From Mobula hypostoma (taxonomy: Eukaryota): 64,000 nucleotides of DNA. Below the pieces are notes generated by a model. The model had not been told where the DNA came from. It worked only from the letters and a program-made list of their open reading frames with translations, and did not search any database. The position numbers and the translations under genes were made by a program. The stretch spans positions 184,576,001 to 184,640,000 of the forward strand of contig NC_086097.1 in NCBI RefSeq assembly GCF_963921235.1. The letters run 5' to 3'. Positions 1 to 11,202 of this stretch are shown here, in pieces (the first letter of the stretch is position 1; each line of letters begins with the position of its first letter).

Positions 1-470
1 GACGCCAGCCTCTGAGACAGAGATCACATAGCCGTCGAGTGCCGCAAGGATCCGCACAGCTGAAGTTCTATTCTCCCTTTCAAAGTGCGCATAAAAGGCA
101 TTGAGCTTGTCACTGCACTTACAGTGTTAGGTTTCACCTTGTAGGAATTAATGGCCTGTAAACCCTGCCAGAGTTGACATGTATCCGATGTCCACAAGTC
201 ATACCTGGTTTTCTTGTGTGGACTTGGGATGCCAGACATGAATGCCAGAGATCCAGCCCTCAGCAGACTATGAACCTCCCGGTTCATCCACTGCTATTGT
301 TTCAGGTACGTACAGTACGTTCTCAGCACACACTCATCCACACAGGTTTTAATGAAATCAGTGGCAACTGTGGAATACTCATTCAGACTCGAAGCTGAAT
401 CCCTGAATACTGTGCAGTCCACCAATTCAATGCAGTCTTGTAAGCACTTCTGCGGCTCTCTTGTCCGTAC
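1..470 (-). mobile_element. Rex1/Babar-type LINE ORF2 fragment (EN-RT linker)
   Basis: ORF 24-287 MNREVHSLLRA...QLWQGLQAINSYK parallels the Rex1-type WMN.EV..LL...LWQGL..IT segment, also seen at 18767-19294. Confidence 0.75.
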
Positions 471-479
471 CTTCTTAAC

Positions 480-730
480 TCCACAACTTTGTTATTTCCC
501 ATCACCACCTTATATACAGCCTAGCATCACTTTATGGACATACAATCAAACTATGCATATAAGCTATCATATGTATTTATATTTATTGTGTGTTACTTAT
601 TATTGTTATTATTAAGTTCTCTATCATGTGTGTTTATTTTTGTGTTGCATCAGATCCGGAGTAACAACTATTTCATTCTTCATAACTTGTGTACAGGAAT
701 GACATTAAACAATCTTGAATCTTGAATCTT
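480..730 (+). mobile_element. Rex1-type LINE 3' UTR with (TCTTGAA)n tail
   Basis: Ends gaatgacattaaacaatcttgaatcttgaatctt, a polyA-like signal followed by a tandem tail. Confidence 0.55.
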
Positions 731-1284
731 AATTTCAGATTTTGCCAGGACCACACACCTCCAGAACGCAAGCAGTTTCTGGCTAGTTGAGACTGACTGC
801 CCTTAAAATCAAGGTACCCCTTGACAAGGATCTCTGGAGTAAATGAGTATCAGGTGGATGACACAAAGAAAGATGACTGTGGTTGTTAGAGGTTTATTAT
901 CCCAGCTCCAAAATATCACAGTCGGAGTTCTTCACGACATCGTCCCAGTGCTGACCACCTTCAGCTTCCTCTGCCCATCTGGATGTTCGTTGATGATTAC
1001 ACAATGTTCCATTCCATTTGAAACTTCTCGTCTTATCGTTCAATGGTATGATCGTAGCAAAATACTCTACCAATAATACATACCAAAGTACAGTGATAAA
1101 CTTCTCATGCATACCATTCATACAAATCAGATCATTATGCAGCACACCGAGGTGGAACAAGGTAAAGCAATAACAATGCAGAATAAAGCGTAACAGCTAC
1201 AAAGAAAATGCAGTGCAGTGCAAGATCATGAGGTAGATTAAGAGTCAAGAGTCCAGCAATTCACACAGGGAATTTATATTTGCG

Positions 1285-1480
1285 TCAGCAGCCTGCAAGT
1301 GTCGTCATGCTTCTGGTGTCATAGCATGCCCACAGCTCACTAACCCTAACCCATTAGTCTTAGGAATCTAGAGTACCCAGAGGAAACCCCCACGGTCACA
1401 GAGAAAATGTATAAAACTCCTTACAGACAGACATATTACCCCAGTCTTATAGCCAGTGCTGTAAAGCATTGTACAGCAGT
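1285..1480 (-). mobile_element. V-SINE (HE1-like), decayed
   Basis: gagtacccagaggaaacccccacggtcacagagaaaatgtataaaactccttacagacag matches the V-domain also at 24075-24150 and 31120-31190. Confidence 0.7.
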
Positions 1481-1994
1481 GCTGTAATAACTCTTTTTCT
1501 CGAAAAAGAAGATCTCTTGACTGAAAGCAATGACTGAATTCAGTAAAGTTATATTAGTGATCTCACTGTTGGGCATTCACTCAAAATCTGGATAATTAAC
1601 AGGAAACAGGATTGTCCTTATCTACAGGAGTATATCAGTAAGAGTTTACAAATTCAAGATTCCCACTAAGAGATAAAATTTTTCATTTTGTCTATGTTCC
1701 TGACTTAAAATCAGGTTGAATTTGGATGAAACTCTTAAACCACTACTTTTACAGATAAGAAAATAGTTTTATCTATGAACCCAAGAACAAGTGCTGGAAA
1801 CACCCAGGCAACATCAGTGGAAAGAAAAACAATTAGTTCAGCTCTTTGCCATTTTCTTTGAGACAAAAACAGACCTGCTTTTATTTCAGATTTTAGTCAT
1901 TAAAGGTTTTTTGATTTTTCCTTTGTCAACAAATGCTTTGTGTAGGGCTGCTTTTTCATGTTTTCCTTTGCCTTGTGGGACAAACAAATCATAG

Positions 1995-2468
1995 TTGAGA
2001 AGAAAGGGATTTACAAGGATGTTGCCTGGATTGGCGAGCATGCCTTATGAGAATAGGTTGAGTGAACTCGGCCTTTTCTCCTTGGAGCGGCAGAGGATGA
2101 GAGGTGACCCCATAGAGGTGTATAAGATAATGAGAGGCATTGATCGTGTGGATAGTCAGAAGTTTTTTCCCCAGGGCTGAAGTGGCTAACACGAGAGGGC
2201 ACAGTTTTAAGGTACTTGGAAGTAGGTACAGAGGAGATGTCAGGGGTAAGTTTTTTACGTAGAGAGTGGTGAGTGTGTGGAATGGGCTGCCGGCAACAGT
2301 GGTGGAGGCGGATACAATAGGGTCTTTTAAGAGACTCCTGAATAGGTACATGGAGCTTAGAAAAATAGAGGGCTATTTCTAAAGTAAGTACATGTTCGGC
2401 CCAGCTTTGTGGGCTGAAGGGCCTGTTTTGTGCTGTAGGTTTTCTATGTTTCTATGTTTTTTCTATGT
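1995..2468 (+). mobile_element. CR1 LINE, 5'-truncated 3' end
   Basis: FTRMLPGL...YENRLSELGLFSLERQRMRGD, TRGH motif, (TTCTATGT)n tail. Confidence 0.92.
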
Positions 2469-5240
2469 ACTAGGGGAAAGTCTTATCACTGGGGTTTAGA
2501 AACTGCATGTGCTTTCAGACTTTTGTATCTTTTGCCCAATGGAAGAGCACCATTTAAAAATGCAAGCAATTTCTAATCAAGAATACGCCAAAAACTTATG
2601 TTCTAATTTAGATAATTAAAAAAATGAAACATAATTCTTAATTAGTTGAATAACTTTCTTTAAATAGTGTACATTTTAAATGTACTATTTAAAAAATCTC
2701 TGCAACACATTGCAAACACTAATGACTTCTGTGGGCTATAAATTGTGCCAAGGGTTATATCACTGGAAATTGAAATTCCAATTTGTACTACAGACCAATG
2801 AATTCATAGTTTCATTTGGGAGCAGTAGGAGGTGCCAAGTGAAAGCTACATATTGCACTTTTGGGAGAATAATTCTGTCTTAAATAGCTTGCAGATTCCA
2901 ATTTTGATATGGGGCTTATGGAAACTTCGGATCCGAGCAACTGCCCCTATAGCTTGGTTGTTAATATTGCACTTTGTAGGAAACATGGTGGAGATTACAA
3001 AAACTACAGCAATTATTTCCAGATCTGACACAGAGTAACCATTTTCAGATTTCAACATTCTTAAAATAGTTGCACTTTTTTATCCAACAGCTACAAAAAA
3101 AAACACTTTAAATGTACTCTAAAGGCTTTTATTGTGAAGTGTTATTTGTAATTGTTTGTGAAGCTTAGAAATGTTTAGGTGTATTATCTATTTCAGTTTT
3201 AATGGTATTTGAGCCTGTAAATCTTCCCAGTTATCAGCTGGATCAAAACTATACAATGATAGTGGATTACTGTCCCCTGAGGCCCACAGTGAGCTGTCTG
3301 TTTCCTTTGTGTTGGACTTTACTTCTTTGTGAAGTTGGATTATTTTCTTGTATTTTGTTGCCTGAAGGACTTTTGCAGCAGGATAGACACTCTGCAGAGC
3401 CTTGCCTGCCTGTTTTGGATACCAGATGATTATAGTCCAACAGGTGCACCCAGATCACTCCCTAAACTTTACATCTGTTGAGCACAGAAACAACATGTTA
3501 ACTGCTCCAGCAGGCCAGCTGCAACTTTTACTGTTACCAGTTCTGCAATGGATCAGGTGGCAGGAGAAAAGACCGATAACCTTTGACAATGTACTGATGC
3601 ATGAAAAGGCTAGACTTTCAAAGTATGCTTTGATCATTAAATTTTGTGGCGAAAATAGAGACAGAGTTTAAGGTGACCATCTCTGACAGGAAGTGATAGA
3701 CAGTTTTCTTTACGAAACTAGAGTTTAAGCTGGTGACAGATGACATTTTGATCGGGTGTTGTATAAATCATGATAGTTAATGAAAATCAACCAACAAAAC
3801 TTGAAGCCATAATAAAACAAATTGAAGGTTACATTTTGATAATAAATAATCAATTCAATTTTCATCTTTAAATTCTTATTCAAAGTATGGTTAAATATAT
3901 GTTTAGTATTTTTTTTGCATGATGAAATTTACAGGACAAATTATTGTTGAAGATTCCTGATTGCTCTTATTTTCTTGTGGAAAACACAACAAAAAAGACC
4001 ATTATTATCTTTAGTTCAGCATCAAACACAGTCTTAATGCTGTCATAAATTATTGTCAAATGGTACATTGCCATTTTAAATTCCTATTTTTTGCTAAGTA
4101 GTTCTTTGTAATTGCATAACATTGCCCATTTGAGAATTTCTGTGGTAATGTTGTATGAACTAAATATTATATGAATAAAAAAGGTTAATGACTTTTTTTT
4201 TACTCAAATAGCAGAAAGGAATAGCACAAGAATGATTCTAAAGCTTCATTAAAATAAACAATTGAGCGAAAGATATCAATTGAATGAGAACAAACAGCAG
4301 GGTCAGTGTTGAGTATTCTTGGACCTACTTGATGGTAAATTTTAAAAATAGCAGACCATGTTCTTTAGTGACCACCAGTTTGTCCTTTAAGGCTGACTAA
4401 CTTCATAGTGAGAGTCCAGAGAGTCTAGAAATTGGGTGGAGGGGCATCAAATCAGTTGTAAGCATTTTGCTCAACTAAATTTGGTCTCTTGTATCTATTC
4501 CACATTCATCATACAACTTCCAACTTTCTAATTGAGAGCACTAGTGTATTACAGCAGTGTTTCTTTGTATATTTGTTCCACGTTCTTTCTTACTTTGCCT
4601 TCGGACATAGTTAACCTGGTCAATAAAATCTAATGGATTCAGTAAAGGTTTGTGCCAACAGTCTGGATAGAACAATGGCAAGCAATTTGAAGAATGATTT
4701 AAAATCTGACTAGGTTAAGGATATCCACCCCTTATTGTGCTAATTTAAAAATATAATTGTTACTTTTAGAATTGAGTATTTATTGAGTTATAGAAGTTTA
4801 AAATCAAGATTTCAAGCTGTTTTATTTAATTCTGCTGAGTCCCTGTAGTTAGTCTCTCAAGTTTTCAAAAGATAAAATTTTAATAAATAATATTGCCTTG
4901 GTAAAGTTTTGATTGTGTTGCACTATAATATAAATATTTCAATAATATGGCTGAGATGATTAATTTGTGGCATTCAGTCATAATGTAATAGAAGTTACTC
5001 TCAATTAACAAACCAGTGAAGAATAGAAAATGGGAATTTAAAAAATAATAAATTATTACTTATTTTGTAGTGTATTGATTTCATATTTTGGCAACTGTAA
5101 ATAACTGTAACTTAATTATGTACATTCTTATAACATGGAAACAATGTGTAGGTCTAACAATTGATGTTCCTAAAATAACATTGCCTGGAAATTCATCCCC
5201 AGCCAGTGGCAATAAACATACATAATTTTAACAGCACATA

Positions 5241-5542
5241 TTCCCAGGGCTGAAATGGTTGCCACAAGAGGACACAGGTTTAAGATGCTGGGGAGTAGGT
5301 ACAGAGGAGATGTCAGGGGTAAGTTTTTTACTCAGAGAGTGGTGAGTGCATGGAATGGGCTGCCGGCAACAGTGATGGAGGTGGATATGATAGGGTCTTT
5401 TAAGAGACTTTTGAATAGGTACATGGAGCTTAGAAAAATAGAGGACTATAGGTAAGCCCAGTAATTTCTAAGGTAGGGACATGTTCGGCACAATTTTGTG
5501 GGCCAAGGGGCCTGTATTGTGCTATGTTTCTATGTTTCTATA
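5241..5542 (+). mobile_element. CR1 LINE 3' end
   Basis: TRGHRFK...FFTQRVVSAWNGLP; near-identical to 2170-2460; same tail. Confidence 0.92.
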
Positions 5543-6079
5543 TTCTGAAATTCATTCTATTTACTTCAATGGTCATTATATAGTAACTTTATTTTTCACC
5601 CATACTGATCAAGGATGATTAGGTAGCTTTCACCTCCCTGTGCGTTAAGCTCATTAATGTAATAAATTAATTAATCACAACAAGTGAGTCTTATGATGAC
5701 AAGTGACGAAATTTCAACACTAGGTTTTGAAATTCCGCATGAAGTCAAAAGCAAATATGCTCATTTACATGCAGAAGTTTTGGGTCTGCAGTTTGTGAAT
5801 TGGACTGTAGTTTATATTATGATATGCTTTGGTCACTCCTTTATCTGCTATTATTTTTGGGTGACTTTGAATTGGGACAACCAGCAGATTATGAACACTG
5901 AGCTGAACTATACATGGACTCTTCAATTCTTTGTTTTATATTCTGTTTTTTTTTGTTTGTTCTTTCTCGCTGTCGTCTGCATGACTTGTTGTTTTATTTT
6001 GGCATGTGGGGTGGGAGTTGATGTTCGAGTTCCATTTGCGTGGTTTGTTTTCCTGCACATGGGGGTGGAGGTTGAAGGA

Positions 6080-6930
6080 CCTTTGGCCCCTTGTGTCCAT
6101 GCCAACCATGGTGTCCACCCATCCAGTTCCAATTTCCTACTTTTGGCCAATATCCCTATCCAAGTGCCTCTAAAATGATACTATTACATGTGCCTCAATC
6201 ACTTCTACAGCAGCTCATTCCATGTGCTCTCCACCAACTGCATTAAAAGTTTTCCCTCAAATCGCATTTTAATTGTTTCCCCTCTCACCTGCATCTTTTC
6301 TATAACAGGGTACAAAACTGCGCACAGTACTCCAACCGGGGCCTGAGCAATGAACTATACAACTGCACCAAAATGTCCCATCTTCAATTCTCAATGTCCT
6401 GTCTGATGAAGGCCTGTGTACTGAATGTGCTGTTCATCATCTAATCTACCTGCTGCTTTCAACATGCTTGGCACTTGTCCTCCCAAGTCCCTCTGTTTCT
6501 CTCCACTCCCTGGCACCCTACCATTCACAGTAAAAGTCTATGCTTATACTTATCTGTATTGAAATCCACTTGTCACCCCTCAGCCTCCTTCCCTAACTGA
6601 TCAAGATCCCTCTGTAATCTGCAATAACCATCTTCACGATCAGCAACACCTCCCAATTGTGTCATACACAAAGTTACTCATCAAACCTTGTGCATTTGAA
6701 TCCAAGGATCACAACACCAACCCCCGCAGCACAGAATAGTGATAGCCTCAATTCTGAGAAAGAACCGTCAACCACCACCCTCTGCTTCCTACCTCTGAGC
6801 CAATTTTGAATCCACTGAACTAACTCTCCGTGGATCTCATGGGGCCTAAACTTCCAGACCAGCTGACCACATGGAGCCTTGCAAAAGGCCTTGCTGGAAT
6901 ACAAATAAACAATATCCACTGCCCCCCCTA
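6080..6930 (-). mobile_element. CR1 LINE RT fragment, old
   Basis: ORF 6674-6940 AVDIVYLYSSKAF...WIQNWLRGRKQRVVVDG. Confidence 0.85.
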
Positions 6931-7182
6931 AATTAAACAATATAATTCATGCTTCAGGGTTAAAATAGTAACAGATTGATTGCATTTGATTTAAGTATAA
7001 TTCCTATTTTTTTGTTAAATTAAAAAAAATTACGATAGGTTCTGCTGTGTTCTTTTTATTAATTCCAAAAAATGTATTTTAAAGCATTTATGGACTGATA
7101 GAGTCATGGAACACTACAGCTCATAAACAGACCATATAGCCCACCTAGTCTGTGGCAAACTATTAATCGGCCTAGTTCCATC

Positions 7183-7607
7183 TGTTACTGTGTTCGGGTA
7201 TGGTCCAAGTGTGGAGTAAGAGACACTGAAGCAGGTCGATAGTTCACAGACTTTAATACGAGCAGTGTTAAAGGGAAAATAAACAATAAACGCTAGGCCA
7301 AACAGGGCCGTTAACTAAAAACTCTCAAAAGGAAAACAAAACCTACACTGCGGCTGAAAAGAACATCTAAACATGAAACAAATACCGCTAGTCTTCAGAG
7401 TCAGTTGATTTGAAAGTCCAATATCTCAGGGAAGGCCGAATGCAAAACAGTAGTGAAGTATTTCTATTCTGTCCAAGTCTCGACAAGCACTACGATGACA
7501 AGTATGGAGTTAAATACTATCATAATTAAATAATAATTAGTTGACATGTGCAACTTCACAAGTGCAATTGGCGTATCTACTGTGCTGCGGAATCCGTGGT
7601 TGTGACA
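7183..7607 (-). mobile_element. Solo LTR, 425 bp, 5-bp TSD
   Basis: TGTTAC...GTGACA termini flanked by direct repeat CCATC (7178-7182, 7608-7612), inside a CR1. Confidence 0.88.
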
Positions 7608-8142
7608 CCATCAACCTGTAGCCAGACCATAGCCCTCTATGCCCCTCCCATCCATGTACCCAACCAACTTTCTCTTAAATGTTGAAATCAAATAGGCGTT
7701 CACCACATCCACTAGCGGCATGTTCTGCACTCTCACTACCATCTGAATGAAGAAGTTAACCCTTAGGTTTCCCTTAAACATTTTACCTTTCATCCTTAAC
7801 CCATGATCATTAGTTGTAGTTTCAACCAACCTCAGTGGAAAACGCTCACGGTATTATTCTATCTATACACCTCATAATTCCATGTACTTCTATGAAATCT
7901 CCCCTCATTCTTCTATGCTGTAGGGAATGAAGTCCTAAATTATTCAACCGTTCTCTGCAACTCAGGTCCTCAAGTCCTGGCAACATCCTTGTAAATTTTC
8001 TCTGCATCCTTACAATCTTCTTTACGTCTTTCCTGTAGGCAGGTGACCAAAACTGCACACAAAACTCGAGATAAGTCCTCACCAACCACCAATATCTTAT
8101 ACAACTTTAACATAACATCCCAACTCCTGTACTCAGTACTTT

Positions 8143-8169
8143 TACACACACATATATAGATACATATAT

Positions 8170-8216
<47 letters not shown>

Positions 8217-8220
8217 TATA
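8143..8220. repeat. Compound (CA)n/(TA)n/(TACA)n microsatellite
   Basis: Directly visible. Confidence 0.95.
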
Positions 8221-8478
8221 TTTAGTACATTATTATCCAGATTATTCATATAGATTAAAAAGAACAATGGAACCAGCAACAATCCCTGTGGCACATCACT
8301 ACTCACTGGCCTCCATTCAGAGAAGCAACCTTCTACAACCCCACTTGACTTCTCTTTCAAAGTCAATGTCTTATCCAATTTACTACCTCCTCTTGAATGT
8401 GAAGTGAGTGAACCTTCTTGATAAACTTTCCATGCACAACCTTGTCAAACACCTTGCTAAAGTCCGTGTAGACAACTT

Positions 8479-9351
8479 AGTAATAGATATTCACTGTCCT
8501 AGGCAGGAGATGTCATGTGTGCTAAGCTTGCTTTCTAATCAAGAGCAGCTGCCATTTGAAAGATCAAAAACAGAAGTAAACTTTTAGCTAAAAGTTTGTT
8601 CACTTCTGGTTTTAAATGGAATTCGGCCTTCAGTTCTTAAAGTATAAATGAAATACAATAATCAGCTTAAAGCTAAGAAAACACTTTCTATAGAAACAAC
8701 TTTGAAAACAGCTCTACTTATAGAGGATGATCTGTCTGTGACTGTCACTACATTTGCTTCATTGCTGTTCAACAGGTCCATATGAGACAATGTGTTGTTT
8801 ATTTTTTCAAAGAGACAAGCTGGCTCTTAAGTTACTTAGCTCAAGGAAGCTTTCAGAAGTGATAGATAATATTATTTAACATATCTATAACTGATATGTT
8901 TATTGTTGGAAGGATTTATGTACTCAGAAGTTAGCTTTACAGTATTAATTGTGAACTGTGTCTATGTCTCCAAATTAGACCAATTGGGTTAAAAGGATAT
9001 ATGAGGAAATATCATATGCATGTGAAGTCACCCAAGTGGAAGAAAAAGTATGTAAATGTAGAGAGTAGTTCTGGCTTATTTTAAGAATGTGTGGATTTAA
9101 GTGTGTATCACTGAAAATAAATTAACTGTTTTAAACTGTTTTGTTAGCTGGAAGTATCTTCTTGATAGTGAGGAGGATCCAATATTTAAATAGTAGATAC
9201 TGGCAACTAAACTCACCATGTAGAATGAACAGGGAAGTGAAGACTTGGTAGTTACTGTATAATCTCCTTTTAATAAGAGTACTTGTGACTACTTATATCC
9301 AAAAGGGCTTAGGTCTTCATATGACTTTAAAGCTTTGTGATTAGCATCACA
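8479..9351 (+). mobile_element. Solo LTR of the foamy-like ERV family (same family as 47605-49891)
   Basis: Collinear similarity to the reverse complement of 47605-49891 (gcaggaga.ttcatgt.tgc.aagcttgcttt; gacaagctg.ctcttaagtt; tttatgtactca; tttgttagctggaagta). Ends CATCACA; AATAAA at 9116; inserted in the CR1. Confidence 0.8.
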
Positions 9352-10043
9352 ACATTCAAGGACATGCATCAACTTTCCTCGAATAACTTATATGATTGAT
9401 TAGACACGACCTACCACATACAAAGCCATATTGTCTATTTCTAATCAGTTCCTATCTATCCAAATACGTAGATACCTGGACCCTTAGGATACCTTCCGAA
9501 AACTTACCCACTATTGAATTCAGGTTTACCAGCCTATAATTTCCTAGCTTATTCATAGGGAATTTCTTAAATAACAGAACAACCATAGCTATCCTCCAAT
9601 CCTCCAGCACCTCACCCATAGCTAAGGATGTTTTAAATCTCTGCAAGGGTCACTGCAATTTCTGCACTAGCCTCACACAGTGCCTGAAGGAACACCTTGT
9701 TAAAACCCTGTGGATTCATCCTGCCTGGATGACCACTTTGATCTTCCTGAGGACCACTTTTGTCCCTTGCTCTCATTTTGATGTTAATATATCTGTAGAA
9801 TCCCTTGAGATTCTCCTTCAGCTTTTCTGCTAGAGCAACCTCAAGCTCCCTTTTATACCTCCTGATTTCATTGTTAAGTGTTCTCTTAGCATTTCTTACA
9901 CTCCTCACATACCTTATTTGCTCCTTCTTGCCTATACCTGCTGTGCACCTCCCTCTTTTTCTTAGCCAGGACAAAATATCTCCTGAAAACTAAGGTTCCA
10001 TAAACCTATTTGTCTTTTATTCTGACAGGGAGATGACACCATT

Positions 10044-10240
10044 GGGGCACCATGGTAGCCTAGTAATTAGATGATGCAATTACAGCTCAGGGCTTCAGAG
10101 TTCAGAGTTAATTTCCAGCATCCTCTGAAAGAAAGTTTATATGTTCTTCCCATGTGCGCATTTGTTTCTCCAGGTGCTTCAGTTTCCTCCCGCAGACCAA
10201 AGATGCACCACTGAGTAGGTTGTTGCAAATTGCCCTGTGA
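10044..10240 (+). mobile_element. tRNA-derived V-SINE
   Basis: tggtagcctagt A-box-like start; V-domain gtttctccaggtgcttcagtttcctccc. Confidence 0.75.
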
Positions 10241-10690
10241 GAAGGTTACTTGCCAGATCCTCTCTGATGCCATAAAAGTTGGCCTTTCTCCAATTTTGAA
10301 TATTAACCCAAGGACCAGACATTTCCTTCTTCATAATTATCTAGAAACTAATGGTATTATGATCATTAGATACAGAGTGTTTCTCTACACAAACTTCTGT
10401 CACCTGCTCTGTCACATTCCCTACAGGAGATCTAGTTGGGACATCTATGTACTGATTAAGGAAACTTGGGTGAACATATTTGACAAACTCTATCCCATCC
10501 AGCCCCTTTGCAGAATGGAAGTCCCAGTCAATATGTGGAATGTTAAAATCACCACTTACGACAACCTTATTTTTCTTTTTGCGATCTCTCTACAAATTTG
10601 CTCCTCTAAATCCCATAGATGGTAAGGTGATCTATAATATAATCCTATTAATAAGGGTCATCCCTTGTTATTCCTCAGTTCCACCCATAT

Positions 10691-11169
10691 TAGAAAAGAT
10701 TAGATTAGATTCAACTTTATTGTCATTATGCCGAGTACAGTCAATGAAATGCAGTTAGCATCTGACCAGAAATGCAAAGAATAGTGTTATTTACAAAATA
10801 ACTGTGAATAAAAAGTAAGTGCTACAGCACACAAACATAAAAGTACTGAGACAGTACAATATGGATGCAATACTGCTTAGCGCTGTGATGTGAGGTTCAG
10901 CAGTGTCACAGCCTCAGGGAAGAAGCTCTTCCTGTGCCTGCTGGTGTGGGAGCGGAGGCTCCTGTAGTGCCTACTGGATGGGAGGAGAGTAAAAAGTCCA
11001 TGGTTAAGGTGAGATGCATCCTTGATAATGCTTTTCACCCTGCCCAGGCAGCGTTTATGATAGATGTTCTCAATGGTGGGCAATTGGGTGCCGTAAATCC
11101 ACTGGGCAGTTTTTACCACATGCTAGAGTGCTTTGCAGTCCGATATGGGACAATTGCCATACCACACAC
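10691..11169 (-). mobile_element. Rex1-type LINE 3' fragment
   Basis: ORF 10877-11119 VKTAQWI.G..LP...IIKDASH.NHGLFTLLPSSR..SFFPEAV; (ATCTA)n tail. Confidence 0.85.
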
Positions 11170-11202
11170 CATAGCTTCAGTAGATGAGCTCTCCATGATG
11201 TC

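Noticed and set aside
5684..6178. 164-aa hydrophobic ORF
   Set aside because: Spans low-complexity T-rich repeat DNA and a CR1 end
8552..8619. Standalone palindromic MITE
   Set aside because: It lies within a recognisable LTR and is collinear with the other copy
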